A stretch of 64,000 nt of DNA from the human T2T-CHM13v2.0 reference genome, Homo sapiens, in assembly GCF_009914755.1 (NCBI RefSeq), contig NC_060925.1. One strand, 5' to 3'. How positions within the stretch are numbered: position 1 is the stretch's first letter; the number at the start of each line of letters is the position of its first letter. Below are positions 37,501-54,539 of the stretch, piece after piece. Made by a program: the position numbers and the translations under genes. Below the pieces are notes generated by a model. That model worked only from the letters and a program-made list of their open reading frames with translations, was not told the DNA's origin and searched no databases.

Positions 37501-38385
37501 TGGGCCTCAGGGGTCTGGGGCACTCCATTCTTGGGGAAGGTAGGGGAGGGGAGACGGCTCCAGGGTCTCTGGAGAAGTTGTGGGGTATCCTGATCTCAGA
37601 CCTGAGCGCTTCGACCTATTATTTGTGGGGAATGGGGCGCTGGATTCTGTATTTTAGACGATGGTGAGTTAGGCCCGGGGAAAACAGGGTGAGCAAGTTC
37701 CCAGGGGATGACCTGTCCAAGGGGCAGCTCCCAACAACAGGACAGAGACCAGCTAAGAGGGGGGATACAAAAGAGACGGACACAGGGGCAGAGCAAGGCC
37801 CTTTAAGGCAGTGAGCGATGGGACGCGCCCGTTTGGGGACCCGAAGTGCAGGGCGGTGAGAGAACCAGGTTGCACAGCAGTTTCTTCCTGGTCCACCAGC
37901 AGGCTTCCCTGGGCCATGTCTGGGAGGGGCAGACATGTGGGGGCTCTTAGCTCCCCTACCATAGGGCAGAAGTAAGGTTATGAATTAGGGGGTGGGGACA
38001 GAAGCCTCTGGGAAGAGGGGACCTCGGGATTTTAGCAGCAAGACTCCCAGAGGCAATTTGGCCTGGAGGCAGAGGGATGGCCACTGTGACCTAGGAGCCC
38101 ACCTGTGAGTCTGAGATTCTCTATGCTGGAAGATCCCAGAATGGAAGACTAGTAGGCAAATCAGGAGGGACCAGGGCCCTTCAGAGGGTCCCGAATCTTC
38201 CCATGGGGAAGAAATGGGAAGCTGACCCTGGAACCCGGCACTGGCCCTACTCAACCAATTCCTTTTGTGGTAAATGGGCAGGGTCTGCCTCCTGCAGCTT
38301 CCCCCTGGAGTGAGTGCAGAGGCTGTATCCCTAGGAAGGAGTATCTTACACCAGGCCTGCCCACTGTTCTCATCGCAAGCTGCAG

Positions 38386-38494
38386 GCTGCTGCCCCAAGT
38401 GTACAGATGAATCCGAGTTCTAACAAGCGAAAACCAAACAGAGTAACCTTTGAACCATCGACATTACAAATCTCTTGGAAGTCCAGCTTACCGG
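38386..38494 (+). pseudogene. MROH3P: MROH3P candidate exon with ATG at 38407 (MNPSSNKRKPNRVTFEPSTLQISWKSSLP)
   Basis: tgcag|GCT...CCG G|gtgagc; phase-1 end matches the phase of the next exon. Confidence 0.6.
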
Positions 38495-38753
38495 GTGAGC
38501 AGTTGGTTCTGTCTCTCAATTAACTGTGGGTGCTCAGAAGTGGTGGTGATTGCACAAGCCCTCGCTTGAGGTGTACCTAATGGGCACACATCTGCCCACT
38601 TCTGGCTACCCCTGTCACAGCTCTAGTCTCTGCATGCCTGTGCTTTTTCAGGCCTGCCTCCCTGAGAAGCCTGGAGCTGAGCCAGGAACAAGACATTGCC
38701 TGAGACTTTGAGTGACACCTCCTCTAGCTGACAGCTGTTCAGGAGAGCCAGAA

Positions 38754-38755
<2 letters not shown>

Positions 38756-38835
<80 letters not shown>

Positions 38836-39125
38836 TTTTTCTTTTGAGACATGGTCGCATTCTGTCACCCAGGCTAGAACGCAGTGGCACCATCATACCT
38901 CTCTGCAGAGGTATGACCTGGGCTCAAGCAGTCCTCCCACCTCAGCCTCCCAAGTAGCTGGGAGTACAGGTGCGTGCCACCATGTCCAGCTAATTTTTGG
39001 TTATTTGTAGAGATGAGGTCTCACTATGTTGCCCAGGCTGTTCTCGAACTCCTGGGCTTAAGTGATTCTCCTACTTTGGCCTACCAAAGTGCTAGGATTA
39101 CAGGCATGAGCCACTGCACCCAGGC
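38756..39125 (-). mobile_element. Antisense Alu whose tail adjoins a (CT)~22(TA)15 compound microsatellite (38756-38830)
   Basis: Direct reading. Confidence 0.9.
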
Positions 39126-39129
39126 AGAG

Positions 39130-40130
39130 AAATCTTTAGATAACATCTACATGCCAACAATTCCCAAATTGGTATCTGCAGTCCAGATCTGCAGTTCTGG
39201 AATTCCAGGCTCTTACATCCGACTGCCTATTGATATCTCCACTTTGATGCCTAGTAGACATCTCAAAATTAATATATTCCAAACTGAACTCTTAACTTTA
39301 TTCCCAACTGCAAATTTGTTCTGTTCCCCACATCAGTTAATGGGAACTCAATCTTTCCAGTGTCTCAAGGCCAAAATTCTTGACTTCTCTCTCTCATACT
39401 CACATCTAGCCATCAACTATTCCTATTGGTTCTACCCTCAACATGGATACAGAATCTGATCATTTGCATCTAACCACCTTCCTTGGTGTGAACCACCGTC
39501 TCACCTCTGTATTATTGTCATAACCTCCCAGTTGGTCTCTTGCTTCTGCCCACACCCCATGCCATTCTCCACCTCTACTCCTGATCTATTCTCAGCTGAA
39601 CAGCCAGAGTGCTGTTGTTAATCAAAGTCAGACCACTTTTATTCAAAACCTGCCCAGGGCTCCTGTCCCCAGAGCCAATTGTCTTTACAATAAGCTACGA
39701 GTCCCTCATGATCTGCCCCATTACTGCTTTACCTTCACCTCCCACCACTCTTCCCTGCTCCTCCCATTCCAGACACCCAGGCTTCCTTGCTGTTCCTTGA
39801 GCTTTCCAGGCACGATCCTGCCTCTGGGCCTTCACACTTGCTGTTGCCTTGGCTTAGAATGCTTTCTTACCAGATATATAAATGGCTTGCCATTCACGTT
39901 CTTCAAGCCCACTTAAATTCAATGAGATTTTCTTTGACCTCTGTGTATATACAAACCCAAATGGGCAAATACAAAATAAAAATTCTTTTAGAAGGGTAGT
40001 TCCTATGAAGGAACTCCCTGGTGTGTAAGAAGCTCTGTGACAGCAAAGATTATTGTCTCTTTTGTTCCCTGATGTGTCTAGGAGAGTCCTTTTACATAGT
40101 AGGTGCTCAATAAATGTATGCTAAAGAATG
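39130..40130 (+). mobile_element. L2 fragment including 3' end
   Basis: atctccactttgatgcctagtagacatctcaaa...tagtaggtgctcaataaatg. Confidence 0.7.
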
Positions 40131-40826
40131 CACTCATTGATTTCCTACTATATGCCAGGAAGCATTCTAATTTTTTTTCACATATTAATTTATTTAAATC
40201 CACAACAATAATAGATACTGTGATGATCATCCCCAGGTTAAGATGTCAGAACTGAAGCTTGGGGGATTTTAGTTTGCTCAAGGTCACTTCTTACATGTAT
40301 TAAGACTCATTGTTCATTTAATCCTCAAATAATAACAGATAGTATCATCTTCCCTGTCATACAGATGGGGAAGGTAAAGTTGACAGAGTTTAATTTGCTG
40401 GAGATCACAGAGCTGATGAAGCAGAGGAGCTGAACTTGGAACTCATGCAGTTTGGTGCCAGGGTCATTGTGTGCAGCTCCCGTGCTTTGGGTCCAAGTCC
40501 TATTCTGAGAGGCTTTTCTTGCAGGGCAGTGTGAGAGGGCAGCAGCAACTTGAACTCAGGCCTGTGTCCCATGCTGCTTTGGAGCCCAGTGGTGTCACCA
40601 GCTCCTTCCTCTTGCTTTACCTTCTCCCGACTTCACTTGGGGCAAACAGGCTGTATTCCTGGCCTCAACCCTCAGGCTCAGAGAGGCATGCCCTGAAGGC
40701 TGTGCCAGTCTAGTTGGCAAAGAAGCCTCCCAGGCTGACTTGGGGTTTCAAGTCCATTCGCAATCAAAACTTTCAAAGTCAGTCTAGGACAGCCCTAGAA
40801 ATTTGTGGCCACTGGGAGTGACTTAA

Positions 40827-41209
<383 letters not shown>

Positions 41210-41402
41210 TGAAAATCTCTTATCTAATCCCCACATGATGGCCTTTCCACTTTGGCTTCCATTGGCCTAGAGAAGCTGGTTCTGGGGACCCTGGTAGCTT
41301 CTGGGCCTTCTTGGTGGGCAGGAAGGGAGGGGGAGGATGACTCTGGCTTCCTGTTCCATCTGGTGGAATCAGCTAAACTCCCCCAACTACATCCCTTTTC
41401 AG

Positions 41403-41467
41403 GATTGCGCCAATCAGAAAGAGAAGCCTATGAGTTCATAGTGGACTTTCTAGAAGAAGAACATATG
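41403..41467 (+). pseudogene. MROH3P: MROH3P exon (GLRQSEREAYEFIVDFLEEEHM)
   Basis: cttttcag|GA TTG...CAT ATG|gtaaga. Confidence 0.8.
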
Positions 41468-41941
41468 GTAAGAAAGTTCTCTGGACCTTTGTGTGAACTG
41501 AGGCGGAAAGTAGAAAAAAATAAGAGGGCTTATGCCTCCTTGGGTTTTGAGTACCAGCCCTGGCTTGGAAGCCACCAGATACTCAGCCCATTGTTGCCTC
41601 GTGACTGGGCAGATCTTTGGTGGCTAGGCCACTGGACAGGGTGTCTAGGGCTCAGATCTTGCAGTTCCCTTCCTGTAGGAAGGATCTTTGTCAGAGATCC
41701 TTAGCCCCACTGTCCTCCAGAGCCCTACACAGGTGGCCAGACATTGGTGAGCAGCAGTCCTGGGGACAGGGACATTGCACTGAGAAAATCAAGTGAGCAA
41801 TCCATCCTTTGGCCTAGTTGATGGGAATCTGGGCTGGGTGTGAGGAGCAGGGGTGGGGTGTAGGTCTCAGGTGCTGCCTGTGGGCAGAGCCTAAGGGCTG
41901 AAGCCCAGCTTATGGGCAGCAATCTGTGTATTGTGTCCTAG

Positions 41942-42064
41942 TCTGAGTTCACCAAGCTGAAGTTCCTGAGAGCTGTGGAAACCTTGAGTAGTGCTGTGCA
42001 TGGCCAAGCAGACGGCAATATGGACGATTACTATCCCAAAGCCATCCTGGCCAAGAAAATTGAG
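41942..42064 (+). pseudogene. MROH3P: MROH3P exon (SEFTKLKFLRAVETLSSAVH...KAILAKKIE)
   Basis: tcctag|TCT...ATT GAG|gtgaga. Confidence 0.82.
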
Positions 42065-42207
42065 GTGAGAAAGACCCAAGCTCTTCTGGGAGTTGGTCAT
42101 TCAGGGATGAGGATGACAAGTCCCGGACCTGAGGGCTGGCATCTCTCTCTGAGGGGGGTTCTTGTTTTTTTTTTTGTTGTTGTTTGTTTGTTTCCTGGCC
42201 TTTCTAG

Positions 42208-42287
42208 ATACTAATTCTTGAAGAATCCACTGAGATTTTGATGGGCAACATGCGTCAGCAAGCCATGCTCTGCATCGTGGCGCTGAG
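42208..42287 (+). pseudogene. MROH3P: MROH3P exon (ILILEESTEILMGNMRQQAMLCIVALS)
   Basis: tttctag|ATA...CTG AG|gtgcct. Confidence 0.82.
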
Positions 42288-42679
42288 GTGCCTTTCCTGC
42301 TCTTACCCCCTCAGAGCGCCTGGGTCTCTTGTGCTCAGAACATTTGGGTTGGGAGGAAGGGCAAGGTTTGGGGACTTAAATTTTGGCCTGTGGGTGGCAT
42401 AGCCCCCGTGTCTGCCACTTTATCTGCCTGCATCCTTGGGTGGAGGGGGTGTTCTCCAATTGTACTTTTGGAAGCCTATTAAGACGTCCAGTGAGGGAAG
42501 CTTCCCTAGCAGCCCAGGCCCTCCTTCCCTGGAGGAGAGGCTATTAGAAAGTGTTTGGGGGCTCAGATCCCCACTGTTTCCTGCATCTCAGAAACAGCAG
42601 CAGAGCACATTCTCCCAGAGGGTCCCAGTCTCTCCCAGGGACCCCAAAGCCGCTTGTCATTCCCTGCCTCTCCCTGCAG

Positions 42680-42809
42680 TCAGGTGAATCCACCATTCCA
42701 CTTGTCCCAGAAACTGGATCTGGTAAATGTGGGCGTCTCCAGCCTGTTCTCTCTGCCGCCTATCGTGCCCAGCCTGTACCGAAGAGACAATGCGAGTCTC
42801 TACCTCCAG
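42680..42809 (+). pseudogene. MROH3P: MROH3P exon (QVNPPFHLSQKLDLV...SLFSLPP...SLYLQ)
   Basis: ccctgcag|T CAG GTG...CTC CAG|gtaatc. Confidence 0.82.
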
Positions 42810-43622
42810 GTAATCCCCACCTCTTCATGGAGAGCTCCACGGGGAGGTTTTGTCTTTGGAGTCACCTCTTGCCCTTTAACTCTCCCTCCTTTCTCCTGCT
42901 CTGACCTCTCCGCAGAGCTCTTGGCCCCATGTTCCTGGGGCTGCTAAGAAGCACTCCAGCTGTCGTACCCTCACCTGTCTTTCCAGGGATTGGCCCATGC
43001 TCCCACCCTATCCATGTCCTTGTTCACTAAGGCTCACAGCAGCCTCAGTCACGGGAGGAGACAGTCTGATAATAAAACCCACAGATACTGTGGAGCAACT
43101 GACCAGTAGACTGCCAAATCTTCCCAGGGGCCTCTAATTTTTTATTTCATTTTTAATTTTTAAATTTTGAGACGGGGTCTCACTCTGTTGCCCAGGCTGG
43201 AGTATAGTGGTGCAATCATAGCTCACTGCAGCCTCAACCTCCGGGGCTCAAGCTATCTTCCCACCTCAGCCTTTGTAGTTTTAAAAATAGATGTGTCCTG
43301 GACCTAGCGGAATGAATCTAATGCGGAGAGTCCCACGGGATCTGGCTTTCTTGGGGAGAATGGCCCAATGCCTACATTTCACCAATGGGCTCACAATTTG
43401 GGCTGGACCTGGTCCAGTCTTCATTGAGACCAAGAAAAGTCAGCACCAAGGAAGATCAGAGTGTGGCTGGCCATGAGAGAGAGACTGCCGGGGGTGGCAG
43501 AGCCAGGCTGGCCCCACTTCCTTCCTCCAGAGGTAGGGGACAAGGAGATGGAGTGCCCCCAGGGAGCCGAGCTGGCACTGTGGCAGTCTGTTCTGGACAC
43601 TCCCTGTCTCTTCACTTGTCAG

Positions 43623-43709
43623 AGGGTCCAGGCCTTAGACAACATGTTGCAGGCTCTTGTGATGGACAGGATGAACCCTAACATGCTCATACTACAAAAC
43701 TTCCTGGAG
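43623..43709 (+). pseudogene. MROH3P: MROH3P exon (RVQALDNMLQALVMDRMNPNMLILQNFLE)
   Basis: cttgtcag|AGG...CTG GAG|gtaagt. Confidence 0.82.
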
Positions 43710-44275
43710 GTAAGTGGCTGTGGAAATCAAGGAAACTGAAAGTCCATATTAATTCTAGTATGTTTGGGAGGAAAGGAAAAGAATATCAGGATAGCCTAGG
43801 TGTCATTCTAGTCCAAAGACCATCGGTTCTCAAGCCTCAGCATGCATAAACATCACTTGAAGACAAATTTCTGTATCTCCCACGAAATACCATTTTGAGG
43901 ATCACAGTTTTGGAAACATAGCCCACTAAGCTGAGGACCCATTTCTGCCCAGGACTCGGACATATTGGGGCTTCGATGGTAATAACATTTATATCTGTGC
44001 CAGACTTTAATCTTCAAAGTATTTTCCCCTTTTGCAGCATCTGCCATTGCTCTGTGATAAAGAAGACCTCAGTGCTTAACCAGAGGCTACTCTTATATCC
44101 CTTAATGTAATCCCCACCAGAGACTCATTGTACTTCTTTAACTGTCTTTAGAGCTTCAGAGCGTTTCAAATATTCTTAGTTATGACAAATTGTTATCTCC
44201 TGAGGGTAGTTGAGTTGGGGAAACAGCCAAGAATCACTTGAAACCGACTTTCATGAACACGATGGTAATCAATTA

Positions 44276-44695
<420 letters not shown>

Positions 44696-45269
44696 CTAGA
44701 GGGAAATTTGTCCACATTTGGATGAGTGACATAGTTCTTTTGGAATGTATCATCTCTGGTATGTTTGTTGAGAAGGATTTTTGTGCTTTTTAGGCAACCT
44801 TGCTATAAATGTAAGAACAAATGTTCTGTTGTTCTTGGAGTCTGTGGGGGAACAGAGATGCAAAACTTTCGTCCTGGTCAGGGTACAGTCTTCAAGAGAT
44901 CCATTACTGGGGTTCTCATTATCCAAAGATAAATGATGCCCTGCAAAATTACCACCTGAAACAGGTTCCAACATTTTGTATAAAATAGTGGAGGAATCAA
45001 TTTATCTTGATAAATAAAATTAAAAGTATAAAAATAAGTTATTTTTATGCGAACAAAATGTATTTTTGCTACTTTGAGGTAATTCTCAGTCAAGTGTGTA
45101 TATATTTTAGACATATTTTTCCTACAAAATGACATGATAGCATAATACAACATCATTTATTTCACATTTGACTTTGCAGAGCTGGATCAGAAAGGTCGAA
45201 TTTGAGGGCTATATGGTTTTCTTAAGGGCCCTCCTTTTTCTTTTGTCTTCTTTTTTTCCGTTTTAAAAT

Positions 45270-48460
<3,191 letters not shown>

Positions 48461-49275
48461 TCCATGATGGGGTTCAATGCTCTGGGAGAAAGGCTACCCT
48501 GAAGGACACCTGTCCAGCAGCTATGATACGGGACACACTTTCCCAAAAGTTTGTAGCAAGCAGGACACAGGCCTGTCTTCCCTGGTGGGATCTCAACCTA
48601 GTGTGGTAATAATAACACTTACAGGGAAGTGTTGTTATGGGAGGATAGAGTGCATTATTCTATTCAGAATACTTACCTGTGTCACTATGATTATTAACCT
48701 CCAGAAATGAATGGCTCTGAATCTCATCCTTCAGAGACCACTTTACCCCTTCCCCTGGCCTAGCAGGTAGGGGTTTGCATGGATATGCCACCAAGAGAGC
48801 CCTGTCTCCCCATCTTATCCCATTCCTGCTTACCCACTGCTTTGTAATTCTACATCTAAGGCACAGCACTGTCTTTAAACATTCCTGTCAGAAGAGACCC
48901 AGAAGGTAGCAGGTGAAGCCCCGGAGACTTTTTTTTTTGAGACAGAATCTCACTCTGTTGCCCAGGCTGGAGCGCAGTAGTGCGATCTCAGCTCACCGCA
49001 ACCTCCGCCTCCCAGGTTCAAGCCATTCTGCTGCCTCAGTCTCCCGAGTAGCTGGGACCACAGGCATGTACCACCACACCCAGCTAATTTTTTGTATAGC
49101 CCCGGAGACTCCTAAACCCACCTTTGCTTTGCCAAGTTCATGGGGCCGTGTGCTCTGGTGCCTGGCACAACTCCCTCCTTTTTGTCTTTTTAGCAGTCAG
49201 AGATGTGGAATTGAGAAGGAAGGGAGCAGCACTCCCACAGAAGGGGTTCACAAGGTCTCTTTACTCCTTTTCCGG

Positions 49276-49383
49276 ATCATCATACCTTGGTCATTACTGT
49301 CAGACAAAGTGTATGAACAGATGCGGGCCTTGGGCACTATTTCCTGGCTGCTGAGGTTTATTTGCAATTTTCCCGAACTGTCA
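49276..49383 (+). pseudogene. MROH3P: MROH3P exon with disabled acceptor ([36 protein letters not shown])
   Basis: Pyrimidine tract ends ttttccGG instead of ccAG; donor TCA|gtgagt is intact. Confidence 0.75.
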
Positions 49384-49890
49384 GTGAGTGCTTGGAGTGG
49401 GGGGAAAGGCTGACCCAGTGGGCCCTGCTTCTCTGCACATGGGGTACCTGAGAGTCTGTGGTTCTGCAGGGGGTTACTGGGGGGTGGGTGGTCAGAGTGT
49501 CCCTCTTTTTTTGCATTAGTGCCTTTTCTGTTCCTATGGGGGAAGAGGCTTAACTTGTTTGCTTGGTTTGCCCTTGGCCAAGTGAGTTTCAATTGGCTGG
49601 ACACATCTCAGCCTTGTTGGGGGACCTTGGCCTAAACAGCTGGGTTGGGTCCACAGCTTCCCACTGGCTAACATATTTTAGGGATCTGGCTGCCCCATTT
49701 CCCTGGGTGCTGCTTTGAAAGGTTTTCTTGGGCAGGGAAAGAGTGTGGAGCTGGTGTGGTGAGGGGATACCTGCAGGCAAATGATTTAGTGGTGTAGAGG
49801 GGTGGGGAGGTTGGAGAGGGATGGTGGCCACAGTATGGGGAATTTCCTTTTGGGGTGATGGGGAGTTAACCAGTTTCCTCTTCTGGGCAG

Positions 49891-50026
49891 CACATGGAGG
49901 AATTCTCAATGAGTGGGAAACTGATGAGCATCTTCGGCCTGTTCGTCATGGGCTGCAACCACGAGATCAGCATAGAGGCATCAGAGGCGTTGCATTACCT
50001 GTTCAAAATCCTTGTGTTTCAGAGAA
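49891..50026 (+). pseudogene. MROH3P: MROH3P exon (HMEEFSMSGKLMSIFGLF...EALHYLFKILVFQR)
   Basis: gggcag|CAC...AGA A|gtaagc. Confidence 0.82.
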
Positions 50027-50851
50027 GTAAGCAACATGAGCCTGAGTGGCCACTGGGCTACAGCCGTGGGGACCCATGAATAACAAGAGCATATAAGCAC
50101 CATTCACTGAATGCCCACATTGTGTCAGGCACACGATGAAGGGCAGTTCCTTCTCATGAGGGCAATGGAGTAAATATGCTATGATGCCCCAAGATGAGGG
50201 ATCCCCATTACAAGTAGATCTGGAAACTTTATCTGGATGAGCTCCAACCCCATTGCTGATGCAATGCCCTCTTGTAAGAGATTCTAAGAGATTCTCGGGG
50301 AAAAGGGGAGCTAGGCTTGCAGCCACCTGTGGAATCAACTTGGATACTCAATATTTCTCAGTGGTCTCAGCCTTACTGCTAGGCCTAAGACTGGGAAAAT
50401 GAACATCTTTTCTTAGGGAACAAATTTGGGAGTCCCAGATTGAGACCCTCTTTGCTCAAGGAAAACAAAAAATACAAAGAGTCACACACGCTTACAGAGG
50501 TGCCAGAAGGATTTGCAAATATCCCTAAAAGGAGTTTCAGAAACTCTGACTTCTCATGGTTCAACAGGGCATACTTCTTATAAGGGCATTTGCTCAGCAC
50601 CCACGGGTAGAACAGTCCACATTCTGGCACGGCGCAGGAACAGCTGCAAGGACCAGACTGAGTCCCCAGCCACATTCTCCCTCCACCCATTGGCCTGGTG
50701 CTGGGGAACTCTTCCCATTCTGTTGAGCAAATGTTATTTCACCCATTTCACTCTGTTGATCTTCTCTGAGGTTTGGAGGGGAAATAAAGAAGGGTGTGTT
50801 CCTATTTCCCTGTTAAGGCCCTGCCCCTTAATTGTTGTTTTTGGATTGAAG

Positions 50852-50940
50852 GTGTGAAACAAAAGACAGAGACTATCCTGAAGGATTTGCAGAAGCATTT
50901 CCATGGAGCATGGCTTGCCAGCCTCCAGGATCTAACACTG
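50852..50940 (+). pseudogene. MROH3P: MROH3P exon (SVKQKTETILKDLQKHFHGAWLASLQDLTL)
   Basis: gattgaag|GT GTG...ACA CTG|gtaacc; phases fit both neighbours. Confidence 0.75.
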
Positions 50941-51174
50941 GTAACCCTCACTCTCCACAGTGCATGAAATGCCCAGATGGGGAGCCATGACAGGGAAGAA
51001 AGAGAGCTGGGGTGGGGAGATTGTAGAGGGCCTGGGTGGGGCCACAGAGGAGTACTCCTTCACCCAGGGGAGTGTCTCCAAAGCTCAAGGTCTCATGGAC
51101 AGCAGGCTGGAGGGGTAAGACTCATTCCCTAGCTGCACTTGAGTTGACTGAGGCTTGAGGTCACTGAGAGAGTT

Positions 51175-51898
<724 letters not shown>

Positions 51899-52467
51899 TT
51901 AGATATGGTGTCTCCAGGCTCAATCAACTCAAATCACTACAGTCAGAAATCCAGGAGTCATCCCTTGCTCTTTCCTCTCCCTCACTCTTCACATCCAATT
52001 CAACACCAGGTTTGTTCATTCTGCCTCCTGGATAGCTCTTGAATTTGTCCACTCTGCTCCAGCCCCACTGTGGGGCCCCCAGCATCTCTTGCCTGGGTCA
52101 CTCCAGCAGCCCCTTACTGAGCATCCTGTTTCCAACTGTGCTTCTTGTCACATCACTTTCTATGCTACAGTCAGAGAACTGCATTTCTAAAATGCAAATG
52201 CTGAGATGTATTATTCCCTTTCAGACTGCATTGAATCCCCACTGTCCTCATTCTAAAGTCCAAACTTGTTCACTTGACCCACAAGACCCTTCATGATCTG
52301 GTCCCTGCTGTAACTGTCCTGCCTCATCTTGTCTTAGTCTCCTTTTTCCATCTGGCCCAGGTCTCCCTTGCAGGACACAGTAGTTAGGCTGAACTTCCTT
52401 CCACTCCAGGCCTTTGCATATTCTGTTCCCTCTGCCTGGAACTCTGTCCTTCTTTTTCCTTGGGTCT

Positions 52468-52689
52468 GAATCATGGCAGTAGGGGAACCAAACACATCCT
52501 TCTTCACATGGCAGTAGGAAGGAGAAGTGCTGAGCAAAGGAGAAAACATCCCTTATAAAACCATCAGATCTTGTGAGAGCTCACTCACTATCACAAGAAC
52601 AGCATGAGGGTAACCACCTTGACACATGAGGATTATGGGAACTACAATTCAAGATGAGATTTGGGTGGGAATACAGCCAAACTGTATCA
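52468..52689 (-). mobile_element. THE1/MST-type MaLR LTR fragment inside an L2 remnant (~51900-52840)
   Basis: cccttataaaaccatcagatcttgtgag...caattcaagatgagatttgggtgg...tatca. Confidence 0.8.
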
Positions 52690-53230
52690 CTGACATTGCA
52701 CTATAACTGCCTGTTTACTTGCCCTGACTTGATGGTAAATTCCTTGAGGGTAAAGGCATTGTATGTCTTAGTCGCAGTTGTCCTGAGCTCCCAGCAATAG
52801 AACCAGGCACAGAGCTGGGCCTCAATATTGTTTGAGTGAATGAGCTTCACGTGGATATGCAGGTGCAGGCTCAGAGGCATGAGGCATGTCTGCTGTACAT
52901 AATAGCACTCCTACTTGCTTTGGAATGCTGCAAGCTCACTAAACATCAGAACTAATTTCCAATGGACTCACTTGCTTGCATTCCACATGGAAGTAGAAAT
53001 GCCTTTTGCATTGTCTTCTGTATCAAGTTGTCAGGACCATTGCTCCTTCCTGGAGACTTCAGAGCTGGTGGCACTCTGAGGCTTGGCTCACACCACGGAA
53101 TAGCCAGATGCTGACCAGGGGCTGCCTCCACTGGCCCCTGGTTGATTAGTCTCTTTGGAAGCCAGAGGCTTTGGGGCAGACCCAAGTTGGGATGCTGACA
53201 TTGTGGAGACAGCTGTTCTTCTTTCTTCAG

Positions 53231-53380
53231 TTCTTCAAGAAATACCTGACCCCTGAGAAGAGAGCAGATATGATCATGGTGAGCATGGAGGCCATGACCA
53301 ACACCAGCAGGCGTGACATCTCTGCAGCTTCCAAGATGTTAAAGATGATCCTGAAGTACACGATTCCAGAGATCGGGAAG
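53231..53380 (+). pseudogene. MROH3P: MROH3P exon (FFKKYLTPEKRADMIMV...TIPEIGK)
   Basis: ttcttcag|TTC...GGG AAG|gtagca. Confidence 0.82.
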
Positions 53381-54311
53381 GTAGCAGCTCTGGGCGACCT
53401 AATGGTTCAAGGTCAATTTAAGGATTCTTCCTTTCTGTTCTGTTTTGGGTCTTGTTCTATCTCCTACCAGTTTGAGTTTAAAGAATCACATGCTTCAACC
53501 CAGAGGAGAAAAGGCTAAATGAGGAGTTGTGATTGTGGAAAAGACTCTTCTTTGGGAAGGGTTGACCATCTGGCTTCCATCTCCACCAGGATGGGAAGAA
53601 GAATTGAGTCAAAGCTATAGCAGACTACTAGGACCTGCTAGGACCAGGAAAGACCACAGTCATTCTTCCTGCTTCCAGACAGTATTTGATATGTTAGATC
53701 TATAGGTGCCTTCTTGTTTATTCAGGAGGGATAATTCAGGGGTGTGTGTGTATATAAATATAAATATAATATATATCCATAAACTTGTGACACACTAACA
53801 TAAATAGAGATGAAATACAGAGACTCCTTTATGAGACCTGGGACTGGTTCTCAGTAAAATTAAGACAGCGTAGGGCTGGGCGTAGTGGCTTACACCTGTA
53901 ATCCTAGCACTTTGGGAGGCTGAGGTAGGGGGATCACTTGAGCCTAGGAGTTTGAAACCAGCCTGGGCAATATAGCAAGACCCCATCTCTTAAAAACATT
54001 AATAAAAAAATTAAGACAGCACAGTTTAGCTGTCCTTTTTATTATAGTATTTTAAAATATCTGATGGACTGATGGAGTCCCTCTTCTTTTAATGGCCTAA
54101 CCCACTTCTCTAACTCACTTATGACCTCTCCACTATAGGTCCTATGAGCAGTTCCAGGATCTTACATTTTCCACTTCTCTGGCCTGGATTGCCTTTTGAT
54201 TGAATGCCTCAGAGCAGACCACTGATAAGTTGAAGGGGACCCCAAAGGTCAACTACTCTAACTCCCCACTTGATGCTTGTAATCTCTTTTTAAGGTTTTA
54301 AATCTATTTTG

Positions 54312-54407
54312 TATGGAATGCTTCACGAATTTACATGTCATCCTTGTGCAGGGGCCATGCTAATCTTCTCTGTGTTATTCCAATTTTAGTATCTGTGAAG
54401 CGAGCAC
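54312..54407 (-). pseudogene. Retroposed U6 snRNA pseudogene (RNU6-P family)
   Basis: Reverse complement matches U6 (GTGCTCGCTTC...ACAGAGAAGATTAGCATGGCCCCTG...CCATA) with a 6-nt deletion in the 5' stem and CpG decay; flanked by a 16-bp TSD at 54273-54288 and 54409-54424. Confidence 0.93.
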
Positions 54408-54539
54408 AATGCTCGTAATCTCTTCGAGAGCACCCCAGACCACTGGACACCCAGACGGTGCTGAAAGCAATCTTGAGGCCCTCGCTACCTTAAACCATAG
54501 CTCATTTGTATTTGTAAATGACTTTCTTTTTTTAAAAAA

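Noticed and set aside
54312-54407. Functional U6 snRNA gene
   Set aside because: Has a TSD, a deletion in the 5' stem, several substitutions, and no evident upstream PSE/TATA promoter.
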